A stretch of 63,979 nt of DNA, the filler included, from Catajapyx aquilonaris (taxonomy: Eukaryota), in assembly GCA_000934665.2 (NCBI GenBank). It is 3 parts of 3 records of this genome, joined end to end, with 100 filler letters (N's around TTAATTAATTAA, not from the genome) between each part and the next. Parts side by side here need not be neighbours in the genome. Positions count along the whole stretch, not along the records: positions 1 to 21,667 come from JYFJ02006018.1; positions 21,768 to 43,317 come from JYFJ02006019.1; 1 more part is not named here. One strand, given 5' to 3'. The notes under the pieces are model-generated. The model did not search any database. It was not told the DNA's origin and saw only the letters and a list, made by a program, of their open reading frames with translations. This document shows positions 13,380 to 25,599 of this stretch, piece after piece (the first letter of the stretch is position 1; each line of letters opens with the position of its first letter). The position numbers and the translations under genes were made by a program.

Positions 13380-13603
13380 GAAGAGTTTTTCAGTTGATGT
13401 CGTATTGACGGTTTACAGGCTGTGTAAGGGCCGCAGTTAATCTCAGAGCCGACCATTCCTTCTATATCCTAAGTGCAACATAAGTTGCCATCGTCTAATT
13501 AATTACCTCCTTTATGTTATCGGGATAATAAACACCCGCCGGGAATCGAACCCGGGACCTCGTCCTATGGAAGGCACGCGCTCTGCCACTGAGCTACGGG
13601 TAT
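13380..13603 (-). mobile_element. tRNA-headed SINE or tRNA-Gly(TCC)-like pseudogene (head 13532-13603)
   Basis: Minus strand ATACCCG-TA-GCTCAGTGGCAGAGC-G-CGTGCCTTCCATAGGACG-AGGTC-CCGGGTTCGATTCCCGG-CGGGTGT. Acceptor, D and T arms pair, but the anticodon arm has a G-G mismatch and an 8-nt loop. The 3' boundary is approximate. Confidence 0.65.
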
Positions 13604-13721
13604 CTGGAATATCCCTTTTCTTACACATACGAATATTGCATAACTTTACTTACACTCTGGCTTTATACCATCCCTTATACCTATACTGATGGGTTTGGAC
13701 TCACTTGGCCAATGGACACCA

Positions 13722-13722
<1 letters not shown>

Positions 13723-13795
<73 letters not shown>
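13723..13795. repeat. (TAA)n microsatellite
   Basis: Read directly from the sequence. Confidence 0.95.
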
Positions 13796-16449
13796 CGCCG
13801 TAGTATAAGGTTTCATATGGGTGACTACAAAAGTTGATTCAATAGAAGGGCACGGGGAGGGCAGAATAATATTATATTCGGGACATTTGTAAATGCGAGC
13901 TGTTATTGATATCTAGTCAAGGGGTGACGGTTACTGGGTTGTCAAGTTTTTGGTATATATTGCTTTTCCACCCATCTGCTCCCCGGTCAGACCTTACGGA
14001 GCGCCGACTATACACTGTAATAGGCTTCTGGGTTCAGGGGATTTTTCCCGACTTTATTATAAGCACCTCATATGTGTTGGTGGATTTAGGTAGAGGAAGG
14101 AAACGGGAGAAGGCAAGGGAGAAGGATGAGGAAAACTCCGAGAAAACACGGGCAAGCACAGAGAGAACCAATCGTAAACAAGTAAACTCGGGTAAAACCG
14201 TAAAGTAAAATTTAAAAATTACTTAAATGAAATGTGTGAGTCTTATCGTACACCCTCAGAATGCACATGCACCTGAAAGGTTGTGAACAAATAATTAAAT
14301 ACTGACTTAATGAACTTGGGTCATTCCTAAAATGTTCCCCTAGCTTTATAATTGATTTCAAGTGCGTCTAGATCGCCGGTGTATGATGCAAAATCACAAA
14401 TGGCAACAATACAAAGCATTCTGTGTGTCAGGTTTCAATTAAAATTTTATATAATAAAAATTCCGTACTAAGAACTTTTAAAATATCAACCAAGTTTGTA
14501 AATCCGTTTCATATTGACTAATCTTTATATGATGCAGTAAAAACCTTTTTTAAATCTAAAATTATGATGAAGTAATTGACAATTTGAGCATTATACACGG
14601 GCTGTTTTAATATAATTAATCGATTTTCCTATTACCGTCTTATATGTAGTATACTACTAGTGATACAACCTTTGCCACTCATCAGAATCATGGCGTCAGG
14701 AGAAAAATGCAAAGTGTTATAGAGGCATGTCCAAGACTTGCGCCTAATTTCACTATTGTGCGTATTTCCTACATGCTCAGAGCACGCCCAAAACACATTC
14801 GTAAAGACTATTACATACTGTATGAAAATTTAATGTGAACGTCATATATTACAACCAATCAGTTGCCAAACCCTTGACTCGAAGTACAAAAAATTTACCA
14901 TATGGAACAAGAAGAATTTTAATTTTCAGTGTACTTCAGTGGCAGTCCCAGATGGCTGAGTGTTGACGTCATTTGAAGATGATATTTAACACTATGGTTG
15001 CCATGGCATTAGCAGGCACAATTACATTAATGTTAAGAACCAATGTGCCTCCCAAAGCGTGACGTCATCTGTCACAGCATTCAAATTCCTACCAGCCACT
15101 GCATGTCTGCCACTCCTACTGTCAACATATTTGATTTAACTATTATTTTCCTGCACTTTTTTTTCCTGAATGTGATAACAAAATGCTAACAGCAGCCCCC
15201 GGTAGTCATCAGTGCTCTGAAAGGTGGAAATAGCGGATGAAAAATAATGAGGGCTTGTGACATGCCCCGGAAATCTACCCACATCGCTGCGCCCCCATGT
15301 CAGGTGCAGAAGACCTCGAAAATAATATGATTTATAACTATAGTTGAGACCTACTCCGATGTGTGTGTTGACGCCCCCTTTTCTCTCATCCCCGATGCGG
15401 GTGGACTGTCGTTCCCATATGGGTCGGGTACTGTAACTGTCCCCGGCGCACCAATGGGGCCCGCATTCGAGTCCGGTTTCAAACTCAACAAGAGGACCCC
15501 ATCCCTCTCATATACCGGCAGCTTCATCAGTAGGGTACAGCTGACATAGGATACGATTGCTGAAATGAGTTTTGCCCGAACTCATTTTGCTACGATATTT
15601 ACGTAACACTTCCCCGTGCCGCGTCATTTAAGCCGTCAAATTCAGACAGGTTCGCTGATGTGGCCATATAGGCCAGAAGGAATACGGGACCTGTTGCACA
15701 CATGTAGCTGTATGGGTTTGAGCAGGGTTATGATACTAATTTTTCATATCATATCAGTTTCATATGACGTTAGCTAATATTATAACTGACTTTCAGTGTG
15801 CCTATGGTGTTTAATATTTCTGTTCCTATTAGATAATTAACAGTTCAAAAATGCAATATGTCACGATTGTGTTTGAAAAAACTGACAGGGAATAGGCACT
15901 TTTTACATATTTTTTAATGCAGGTATCCAGCAACTGTAGCCCCTGATTTGGCAATTGCAGCGGGCCATCGTGAATGTGTTGCGTAATATGTCATCTTTTG
16001 TCCATTGTACTGTACACATACGGCTCAGAACGTGCACGTCAAATCATGTTGCATTTGAACACCGTGCTTTTGGCATGATATTGTAAGCTTCACAAAGACA
16101 CCCCGAATTGAATATTGTCATTGCAACTAACATGATTATTTTACATTGTAATAATAACAGACAGCATCCTTGAAGATTAGGGCATGCATTTTTTTTTTGA
16201 AAAACAACCCTCGCTATTACTAATGCCGGTATAATATTAGTACCGTACTTCAAAATATTGATTGATACAATAATTAGACAAAACTAGTGTTGCGAGTAAA
16301 AATCATTTCAACTGCCATAAGGCGAAACACATTTATATATAGGCCTACTTACAGTGTTTTGTAATAACATTTTCAGAAATAAAACGTACCGGCAATTACC
16401 GGCATTGCTTTCTCTTAACTACATCCCAAGAGAGATCAGTCTTACGCAC

Positions 16450-16610
16450 CTGGTACAGTACCTCTTCGATGGAGTGGAAGGAAGGAAAGCCCGGTTGCCG
16501 GCTGTGGAATCTGCTGGTTGCTGCCTGTCTGATTAGGATGGCTTGTCTGCTTCAGTCGGTGCTGTAGCCTACGTCTGATGGTCTTCTGCACCACCAACGC
16601 TGCTTTTATG
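16450..16610 (-). promoter_or_regulatory. candidate core promoter and non-coding first exon of sNPF
   Basis: On the minus strand: CATAAAA (16610-16604), an Inr-like ATCAGAC about 30 nt downstream (start near 16576), then a CAG/GTGCGT donor at 16450. The ATG exon has an acceptor, so an upstream exon is required. Confidence 0.45.
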
Positions 16611-18447
16611 CCTCCAAAACAAGCGCCCGCCCGCCAGTCTTCTGCAACAAGCGCACGCATCTCACTCCTCCCACTTGCCCCGTATCCCCTAAACAACCTT
16701 TAATGCTCCTTCCAATAACAATAATACCATAATACACAATACACATATTCCCTAAGTGTTCTCAGACGTATGTACCACACAGCCTATAAGTAGCTTAAAT
16801 AGATTTTCCAGTGATAGAATATTATACAAAAAAATGGGCTGGATGTAAATATTTCACTATATGTGTGTCTGAATGTTGGATTTGGCACACTGAGATGTGA
16901 ATAAGGCCGTCATGTTGGCAGAAGAGGCAAATGTTGGAGTAAAAAAAAACTGCCATATGATGAAATAAGGAAATCTAGGTTATTCTCTGACGTCGGGTGG
17001 AAAAATCAGCTTTTGAAGACCTAACAATCTGCATCATTTGGGTGACACATTTAAAAATACATTCGAAAGGTGATCTCACCTGACCTATTATAACATTCAA
17101 CCTACATTGTGAGGATCTTTTCACTTGAGATCTAGTTCAAGGTAATATCGAGTCAAATTGTGTAGCAAGAAAAAAAAAAGTTCAAATGGATACTGCTCTT
17201 GCACAGTATTATCAGTAGAATTCTTGGAATTCTGTGATAAAATGGAAAACATCCAACACCTGGTTGCTATATACTCAATACCTTTCTTCAATATTAATAT
17301 AGCTGATACTCCTTTACGGACACATAAAAACTTATTTAGATCCCTAGAAAAAACCAACATAAGAATTATCTTTAGACACTTATCCCACTGATTCATGGAA
17401 CATTGTACCATTCATTTTTTTTGGTAGACATACTGTACTCGTATACAGTACCAGTTCCTACTGCGATTCCGCAACTTATTATTATTACTGAATATTCTCC
17501 GAGAGGTGTCGAGGTCTACTATACATGGCACAATGCCTAACCCAATTTCGACAATAATGTGACTCTGAGAGTTATGTATACAGTACAGTGAGGACTTCAA
17601 TTGGATGCATTGTTGCGCTTCCCTGGGCCACAGCGATGGTTATGTGGAAATCTGACGACCCAATAACTGGAAGTTGTCACGATTAATTACTGCAATGTAG
17701 CGCAAATGCTGATTAATTTATAATCATGGTAGGCCCACAAACCAAAGTCACGCCTAAACAAGTTATGTCTAAAATGATACATGTCACTAGAATTTGTTGC
17801 GCTTTGATTGAAAATAAGTGCGACGCCATAATGTGTAACAAGGTGTCGAGTGTTCCCCGGTGCGTTGACATCGGACCATTTTAAATGCCACAATTGCGTT
17901 TCTTCCTTATTTTTCCAGGTTTTCTCAATCATGTAAACTATGAAACCACTTATAAACTAACATGACTTTTAGTTATAAACAATCACATGATAAAGCGAAT
18001 ATTATTTTACGTACTCTCCATAAGTAATGAACTGTTTCGTTTCCGCAATTTTTGGTTGCCGGGTGACCTTTAGGGAGTAGAGAGCAACAATACAAACCTT
18101 CGTGAATATGTTTCGCTGTATAACATAAATAATGTGTAGACAATATGCCTGCAGAGAGGGCTTTAAAAACAATTCTCCGGGAAGCAGCACAGCCCTGTAG
18201 TCTTTACTAGCGTAAGTGTCGGAGGCCTGAATCCTATCTAGCGGTCCTGTAGGCCTATATTGTAAGGTCAAATCCAAGAACTATGTTCCCTCCCACCACA
18301 CCAATCAATCAACCTTTACGTTGTCAATATTCAAGTGAATTTAACTTCAAAATGAACGAAAGCCTATACCTGGGACCGGCAACCTTGACTGCGTGCATAT
18401 TGGACTAGAATTGTCCGCTTTCACTCTGAGGGCCGTAGGAAGGTAAC

Positions 18448-18595
18448 CAAGGGGTTAACCACTCGACTGTAAAGTGGACACTGGAGTACCAAAATTCAAG
18501 GCGTACCAAGGAGTACCAAAGAGTAAAGTACCTAAGGAGTACCTAGGAGTACCACTGCAGGTGTACACCGGAGTACCGAAGTGGTTAACCCCTTG
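18448..18595. mobile_element. 148-bp MITE with 8-bp target-site duplication (P- or hAT-type)
   Basis: Perfect 16-bp TIR CAAGGGGTTAACCACT / AGTGGTTAACCCCTTG. TSD AAGGTAAC at 18440-18447 and 18596-18603. Internal GGAGTACC repeats. Confidence 0.9.
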
Positions 18596-18970
18596 AAGGT
18601 AACGTCTTGGTTAACGTCTACCAATCGGCAGAGGCTCACCACCACGCAAGGTGTACTCAGGTTATGAAAGTCACAGACTATGGTCCTTTGCAATACTTCA
18701 TCTCCGCATTCAATCCGGCTGACGATTACGGAATAATGTGCGGCAATAATACGCAAGGTCACTGCGCTAGATTTACAGACACTGTTCGGCTTCCGATGAT
18801 CAAAGACTGCCATCCCTTTGTTCTATTCCCAGATCGCAAACTCACATGATCAATCCCATGAGAATTTACAAGGCATCAACTTCGTGTAGCCCTAACCAGT
18901 TTCCATTATTATAGGTACCGGTAACCTTTTATCAGAATATGTTACCTCTTTTAGTGTTGTTACCACTACG

Positions 18971-19064
18971 CAGTGTGTTCAAAGTGTTTGGGTACTTTTA
19001 CTTATTGTAAGTTTTTCCCGAAGTTTGGGATAACTAAAAGGACCCGAACACTTGAAACACCCTG
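18971..19064. mobile_element. short Tc1/mariner-type MITE
   Basis: Imperfect inverted ends of about 30 bp: CAGTGTGTTCAAAGTGTTTGGGTACTTTTA / TAAAAGGACCCGAACACTTGAAACACCCTG, followed by TA. Confidence 0.7.
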
Positions 19065-21009
19065 TAATTAGCGTTGTTGCAATTAAATCATAGTACTGAA
19101 GAACAGGAGCTAATTGAGGGCCTGTTCCCTATAAAATAGTTTCAACAACACCAGTTACTTCTTATATATTACCTTTATTTTCAACAGAGAGATAACCATA
19201 AGTGAGTGTATGGAGAACTTGATAGCTCATGACATCTTTGAAGGTTTAGTATGCAACAATATCATTATTGCTTATTTTTCCCGCAAACTCAAAAAGTCAA
19301 AACCTTCGATTTCCAAGTACGGTACCCTCTTTTGCTAAAGCATCCTGATTTATTATTGAAAACTCGCAAAGGGCAATATATTTCGGAAGTCCTCTCGTCA
19401 AGCCATTTTCCGACGGATGGGAAGGTTTCCGACATTCAGGAACAACTTAACCGAAATTCATAGTTATGTGGAACCAAATTTCCAAGTAATCTCAAAATGA
19501 ACCGTTCGATAATTTGGCGGAAACTTTTCCCTTTTCTACAGTATGTGCGATGGATGATAACGCAAAAATAAGAAGAGAAAAAATGAGTGTCGGGAATAAT
19601 CGCTATTCTTCTTGAATATAATAGATTTGTAGCATATAGCCCTCAAAAGTCTTTATCTGCGGAGGTATCTCAGATTCTCACATCTCAGATCAACACAACA
19701 TTTTTCTGACTTACTGTATACTGCAGAATGAATAATTAATGGTTCAGTGCGCATGGACCAAAATGAAAACTGCAGACTTCCGCAGTTAAATTAATTTTGA
19801 TTTAGTAAACATTTTCCTTGTGTCAGACGTTTCCGCTGAACACTGTTACACTGAACATTATGCGTTAGTTCGGCCCTTGAATCGTTATTCCACCTGCTAA
19901 GAAGTCCTACAAATACACAAAGTCTGACCGATTTAATTTAATTTTCATATACTTACTTGTGTATATTTGGAGTACGAATGATGGGCACTTCACATGCAAA
20001 TCAAGTCTATGTGTCCTAACTCGAATGTTAGATCATTTAATACAAAAGGCACGATTTGGGCAGGCAAGCAAATTACAAGTGCACGAAACATATCTCGGGT
20101 CAAAATAATAAAAATGTTGGAACATATTATCAGGCTCCCTCTACTTTTATGAGCAATGTCTCAAGCTCCAAAAAAAACCATAATTCAAAGCATGTTAGTG
20201 GACACGAGGTAAATATGTTGTTGCAGAATTTCACGTGAAGAGTGTGATCAAAATAATAGGAATTCGCGTTATTTCCCTTCCGGAACATTTTGTAGGCACT
20301 GCAAGGAAACTTGTTGGAAAACTTCTTCAGAAAGGCTTACGTAAATTGGATTTGTCGTTGGAAGATAAAGCAATGACGGGAACGGGGCCAGCAATAAACT
20401 TTAGACGCCAGGCAGTCATTCCATGTATCTGAGAAGAGGAAGGGTCATATTATTCGTTATTGAAGACACGGATGGAAGGAATTATGAAGTCAAATGCGAG
20501 TAGTTCAAAAGTATCAATTATGACATTTTGCAGGCGCCTACTGCTCTGGGCAAGTTTTCTTTGAGTATGTGAAGCTGCTTTATTAGTAAAAAAGCAAGCA
20601 ATTTCGGAGTGTCTAAATTCCACCATTGCATACAAACTACACAGTGCAATCATGCCTTATTTTCAAAGTAACGCAAATGTCACTCTACAAATTGTGTGTA
20701 ATGAGCTGGTCCCTTTTTTTGAAACCTATGTCTTTAAATAAGTCATTTCTAATCCAATCATTCCGCTGAGGAGGCCATCCGTGATGCCAATCATCAAAAT
20801 ACGAAGTAATCCAAGCAACCCCTGACATAACAAGTGGACCATTATCAGAATTTCAGTTATAATAAATATCAATCTTGAAGATAGCGGAATACATTGGTCG
20901 TGCATGACAGAAATGGTGATGCAATAATATATCGCATTGTTTGGAGCGCTAGATCATGTTTGAATTGAAGCAATCAACATTCTACGTTCTGAATAATGGG
21001 AGCAAAAAG

Positions 21010-21546
21010 GGTGACATGCCATAGTGAGGCAAGTGCCCAAAAACGAAATACAGGGTTTTTTTTGCCTACTGACATTATTATCATGCGTACAAGAATAAGA
21101 TTTTTCTACAGGTAGTGTCATATAGTCCGCATCCAGTAATCCTGTTAAGACACTACTAGACAAAGTATACAAATATATTTAAAAATTCAAAATATTGAAT
21201 TAACGATGCAAGTGCCTCATCCTTTGCAAGTAAAAACGACATGTAACATGAATGCCTATTGTAACAAACCAATAATGTATTGTCGTGAATAGTATCCTAT
21301 ATCTCAGTGTGAGGCAGTTGTGGCACACACTGACCTGTTGTACAGTAGGTCAGTTTGTGCAAATGGCACTTGCCTCTTTTGACATGCACATGGAAATTTC
21401 AGGCATGTCAATATTACCGCCAGGGTGACTCATTGATGTGTAGGATTTGTAGTGCAAGTGTATAGAATGGCACTTGCTGCCATATTCCGCAAGCAGTAAA
21501 CCACTTTTGACGGAAATGGCACTTGCCTCACTATGGCATGTCAACC
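21010..21546. mobile_element. MITE with 26-bp perfect inverted repeats
   Basis: TGACATGCCATAGTGAGGCAAGTGCC (21012-21037) is inverted at 21518-21543. Internal copies of AATGGCACTTGC. No TSD identified. Confidence 0.8.
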
Positions 21547-21667
21547 TTCAGAATAGCTTTTCTACTGCTATACTGATAAAATGACCGAATTTGCATGCGG
21601 GTTTTATTCCATGTGTACTGTACATCGACAATGTCAAGAGAGTAACACAATGAAATAATAATGTCAC

Positions 21668-21767
21668 NNNNNNNNNNNNNNNNNNNNNNNNNNNNNNNNN
21701 NNNNNNNNNNNTTAATTAATTAANNNNNNNNNNNNNNNNNNNNNNNNNNNNNNNNNNNNNNNNNNNN
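21668..21767. other. assembly spacer (Ns with TTAATTAATTAA)
   Basis: Exactly 100 nt, with a central 12-mer that gives stops in all six frames. Identical to 43318-43417. Confidence 0.97.
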
Positions 21768-22435
21768 ACAATTTCACACATGAAACATGTATTACATCAT
21801 GCATTTACGTTGTCATGTAAATGTAATAGGGGGGCGCCTCTAACTGTGATCCAAGTGCAATTAGCACCTGTAGATAGGCAACCACGCATCGGCGGACCAA
21901 ATCCTTATGGGAAAGGTCATAACTTGACATGGACTCAAACATATCTCACACTCATCCACGGGCAAATTTATTCGTGCAAAAGGTGGTCACGTTCACGTGG
22001 AATTGCCCATATGTCATGTGACATTTATTGTCTTGTGGTGGCGGTGTATGGTCCGGAGATGTCATGTGTGAGCAAATGGTGCTGTAATGGTGCCAGCAAT
22101 TCCATGATGGGCATGTGAGCATGAAGGACAACCAGAGACCAGGGCCACAACTAGGGGCGAGCGGGGCGCGTGCCCCGGACAGCGTGGGTCAGGGCCTCGC
22201 TGCCGAGAAATTATAATTTTTCACTTAACGAGAAGACTGAAAGACACGTGTTTTTTTTCTTAAAACAGGTTAAATCACTTAACGCACGTCCCAAATAGTA
22301 TCATTTGTCACCTTTGGTAATTGATTCCAGCAACACAGAGGCATAAAGTCCCACAGACATTAATAATATCTACACAATATTCCCTGTCACAATTCATCAC
22401 TAAAATATTACAAAAGAAGAGTGTAGTGTGTTTGG

Positions 22436-23055
22436 ACTCACAACCAAAGTAACTCTTTTTACCCTCCTCAATTTTGACAATTTTTGTATTTTCTAATTCT
22501 GCATGGCCTGTAGTAATGAGAAAACATCACCTCTGCTGCTAATTTCCACGTTAGCAGGGTGAAAATACAGACAAAATGCGATGTTCCGAAGCCACAACAC
22601 CTGCATCTGGTCACGAGTCGCCGGTCCCGGCTGCCCGGTTGCAGTCGCCTTTCACCGCATCTGTAGCGCTCTCCAGTGCCTCGAAGGAGAAGGGTCATCT
22701 AGCATGCTTTGAAGTCGAAGGCAATTATAATAATGGAGAGCCAGGACAAGGCTTTCCATTATTATAATCGCCTTCGACTTCCGAGCGTGCGAGATGACCC
22801 TTCTCCTTCGCAACACCGGAGAGAGCTACAGACGTGGTGAAAGGCGACCGCAACTGGGTAGCTGGGACCGGCGACTCGTGACCGGATGCAGTTGTTGTGG
22901 CTTCGGAACATCGCATTTTGTCTGTATTTTCACGCTGCTAACGGGGAAATTAGCAGCAGAGGTGATGTTTTCTCAACACTATAGGCCAAGCAGAATTAGA
23001 AAATGCAAAAATTGTCAAAATTCAGGGGGTAAGAAGAGTTATTTTGGTTGTCAGT
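22436..23055. mobile_element. 620-bp foldback element (arms of about 306 bp, 7-nt loop at 22743-22749)
   Basis: The arms are reverse complements over their whole length; the ORF track shows mirrored peptides at 22576+/22725- and 22468-/22794+. Confidence 0.92.
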
Positions 23056-23273
23056 GTGTTGCAATGATGTGTTTATGTTTAGATTGCTTTGTTATTTTCA
23101 ATTTCTTGCTCGCTCTCCTGGTTATGACAGTTTGTAAGAATACGCTTGAAGTCCCTTCAAAATTATTATAAGCTCAGGTAGCAAAATCTAGGAAAGAAAC
23201 CTTGCCAAATTCTCGAGATTTTTTTTTTCTTCAAACAAGTGCCTCGTTGGATACCTAGTTTTCAATGGATGTA

Positions 23274-23913
23274 CAGTAAAACGCCTCTAAGTTGGACACT
23301 CACGGTTCCACAAAAAATGACCGATATAGAGGGGTGTCCAACTTAGAGAGATAGGTATTACAGTATACAGTACTGTGCAGGGTATACGGTCATGCATGCC
23401 TAAACATGAAGAAAACACCTTCATAAAAACTTTTACAGTACGTAGTGTACAGTATAATTATGTATTATCTGTAGAGAACAGATAGACTAAAGTACAGTAC
23501 AATACAACATTACATGATTTTGCGACTGATATGGACTCTCACTTTTTACAAAATAAATGTCACCCTGGACTGTTTCAGTTTGGCCTGCGTATATAGACAC
23601 CATGATTTCAGTTTCGATGAGTTTTCGGGCTGCATAAATGGTGTCAATCACTTTTGGTTGGGAGGCCAAGGCATACCGCTCCAATCGCTTAATGCACAGT
23701 AACAACCTGAAAAATCAGCAGGCTGGACGGAGATTCTTGATCCCATTCACTGTGTACCTGTCCAACTTAGGTGACAAAAAGCGTCCAACTTCCAGGATAG
23801 AGGGGTGTCCAACTTATGAGCTAATGTGCCCATACAAAATAATAGATAGCCTTTTCCACGGTTCCTGAAAAAATGTCCAACATAGAGGGGTGTCCAACAA
23901 CAGGGGTTTACTG
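23274..23913. mobile_element. pogo/Tigger-like MITE
   Basis: TA-CAGTAAAAC ... GTTTACTG-TA ends, with subterminal ATAGAGGGGTGTCCAAC repeated three times. Confidence 0.85.
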
Positions 23914-24257
23914 TATTTAGTCAGACTGAATCTCTTCAGAAAATATCATTAAGTGAATGATTTCTTGTCTATTGTGTGAAAATAGTCTAGTTTGTTAGCA
24001 ACTTACCTTGCAAATATTTCATATTTTTCCACTCGTAAACGAAAAGCTACAAAATATGAACCTTTTAATTCATATTACGGTGTTGAGACTGCTGGTTCTC
24101 TTTTGTATTTCTTTGATCAGGATTAAAATAGTATGGTGTGTAAATTAATTAGATGTTATAAAGAACCAAAATCAAAACAATTAAAAGGATGATTAATAGT
24201 TTGAACTCCAATTAAAACAAATATTGCATTGAAAGAAATATGCCCTTAAAAAAAATA

Positions 24258-24339
24258 AAGTTCCCTCAAAAATGCGCCTACCGTATTTTTAATACTGCGG
24301 CATATTAAAAATACGGTAGGCGCATTTTTGAGGGAACTT
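24258..24339. repeat. perfect 37-bp inverted repeat with 8-nt loop
   Basis: AAGTTCCCTCAAAAATGCGCCTACCGTATTTTTAATA-CTGCGGCA-TATTAAAAATACGGTAGGCGCATTTTTGAGGGAACTT. Confidence 0.95.
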
Positions 24340-25599
24340 AATTTTTTTTGTGGCGAAACGCAGCGTTAATCTGGAAAAAACATGAACTAGGGCACCTGCA
24401 CAAAGGTTAGGCCTTTACAATGATACCATACTCGACATGATTGCATTAAAATTGTGGACACACGGCCACAGAAATGTAGACATGTCGAATCTCCATAATT
24501 ATGCTGGCCATGCATGAGCGAGTTTGTTTAGGACTTTAGGTCATCACCGAGGGCTTCATTGTTACTGTATGTTTTTGCTACTGCTCCACCCAAACATAAT
24601 CTTTTGGACTTCAATGTTAAAAATGAAGTATGGAATTATACATTAAAAACTTCAAACTTGGAGGGGGGGGGGGGGCAGAATGTTAGTTTGCCCCGGGTGA
24701 CAAAGAACCTAGTTACGCCCCTGCAGAGACCCACACAACCAGCCATGGCCACGACAAGAACTTCGCACAAGTCAATGAAATTATCCACTGTTGGTAGTGG
24801 CCATGGCTGGTTGTGTGGTCTGTGGTTGTTCTTCATGCTCACACGCCTATTACGTAATTTCTGGCACCACCACCACACCATTTGCTCAGACCATACAGAT
24901 GTCTGGACCATACACCTCCACCAGCTGGCAATGACTGTTGGTGCCGCATGGGCCACATGCCCACTTGGAGTGAACAACTGCCCTCACTTCTGCTTTAGTC
25001 CATGTGACCAACACACGCCTGTTTGCCATGACTTCTCCTGGCGCCATATGGCCGAGCATGCTCTGCTCAACACTTGGTCTCTTCCGATGGCTGTGAATAA
25101 GCTGCAAGATTGAGCCTACCCATCCTATAATAGCAGAAGGATCGATGTCCCTGCTCATGCTCATCTTCACCCTGTCCTTCGAAACTGTAGCATCGCGAAA
25201 CTTATTTTCCAACTGATCCTCATAACATTAGATGAAAAAGTGAAACTCACTTTATGCCTTACTAGTGCCTTACTAGAAAATAGCATATCATAAAATGTAA
25301 ACAATGGCTTTGGCGTTACCTGGCAACCGGCGTGTTCGTACATCGGCATATGGAGAGTGCTTAGCGTTCTTTCTATTGTTACCACTGTTTACAGGTAGCG
25401 ATTGATGCTGGGTGACCTAGCGACAGGTGTGCATGCTTACCAATGCGTGGCATCGGAATAAGCGGGCTGAGGGGATTTTATTTTGATAAGGCGCTTTGTT
25501 ATTATCACACTATTGTCACTTTCCAGCATGAGTCAGGATGCATGGAGTTACTGAATGATCGGGAAGGAGTCCGGTATGCTCTTGTCTGCCAATTTAATA

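Larger units (their letters stand above)
22140..24723. mobile_element. non-autonomous hAT-like element carrying nested inserts
   Basis: Ends are CAGGGCCACAACTAGG and CCTAGTTACGCCCCTG, flanked by the direct repeat CAGAGAC(C). Removing it restores the mariner remnant as seen in the inverted copy. Confidence 0.75.
21930..25040. pseudogene. two inverted remnants of a mariner transposase N-terminus (plus 21930-22139 continuing at 24724-24760; minus 24770-25040)
   Basis: The minus strand reads MANRRVLVTWTKAEVRAVV...HCQLVEVYGPD, then after a frameshift SEQMVWWWCQKLRNRRVSMKNNHRP, matching the mariner N-terminal HTH pattern. The plus-strand copy (LVVAVYGPEMS...GAGCAAATGGTG...GTGAGCATGAAGGACAAC) is interrupted by an insertion. 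Confidence 0.75.

Noticed and set aside
15440..15550. Minus-strand CTGATGA...GAAAC as a hammerhead ribozyme
   Set aside because: The base of stem II does not pair in register, and no stem I/III with a UH site could be built.
18480..18580. GGAGTACC repeats as a CRISPR-like array
   Set aside because: They are 8-mer repeats with irregular short spacing inside a MITE in eukaryotic DNA.
22468..23171. Mirrored ORF pairs as duplicated genes
   Set aside because: They are a by-product of the foldback symmetry and contain no protein motif.
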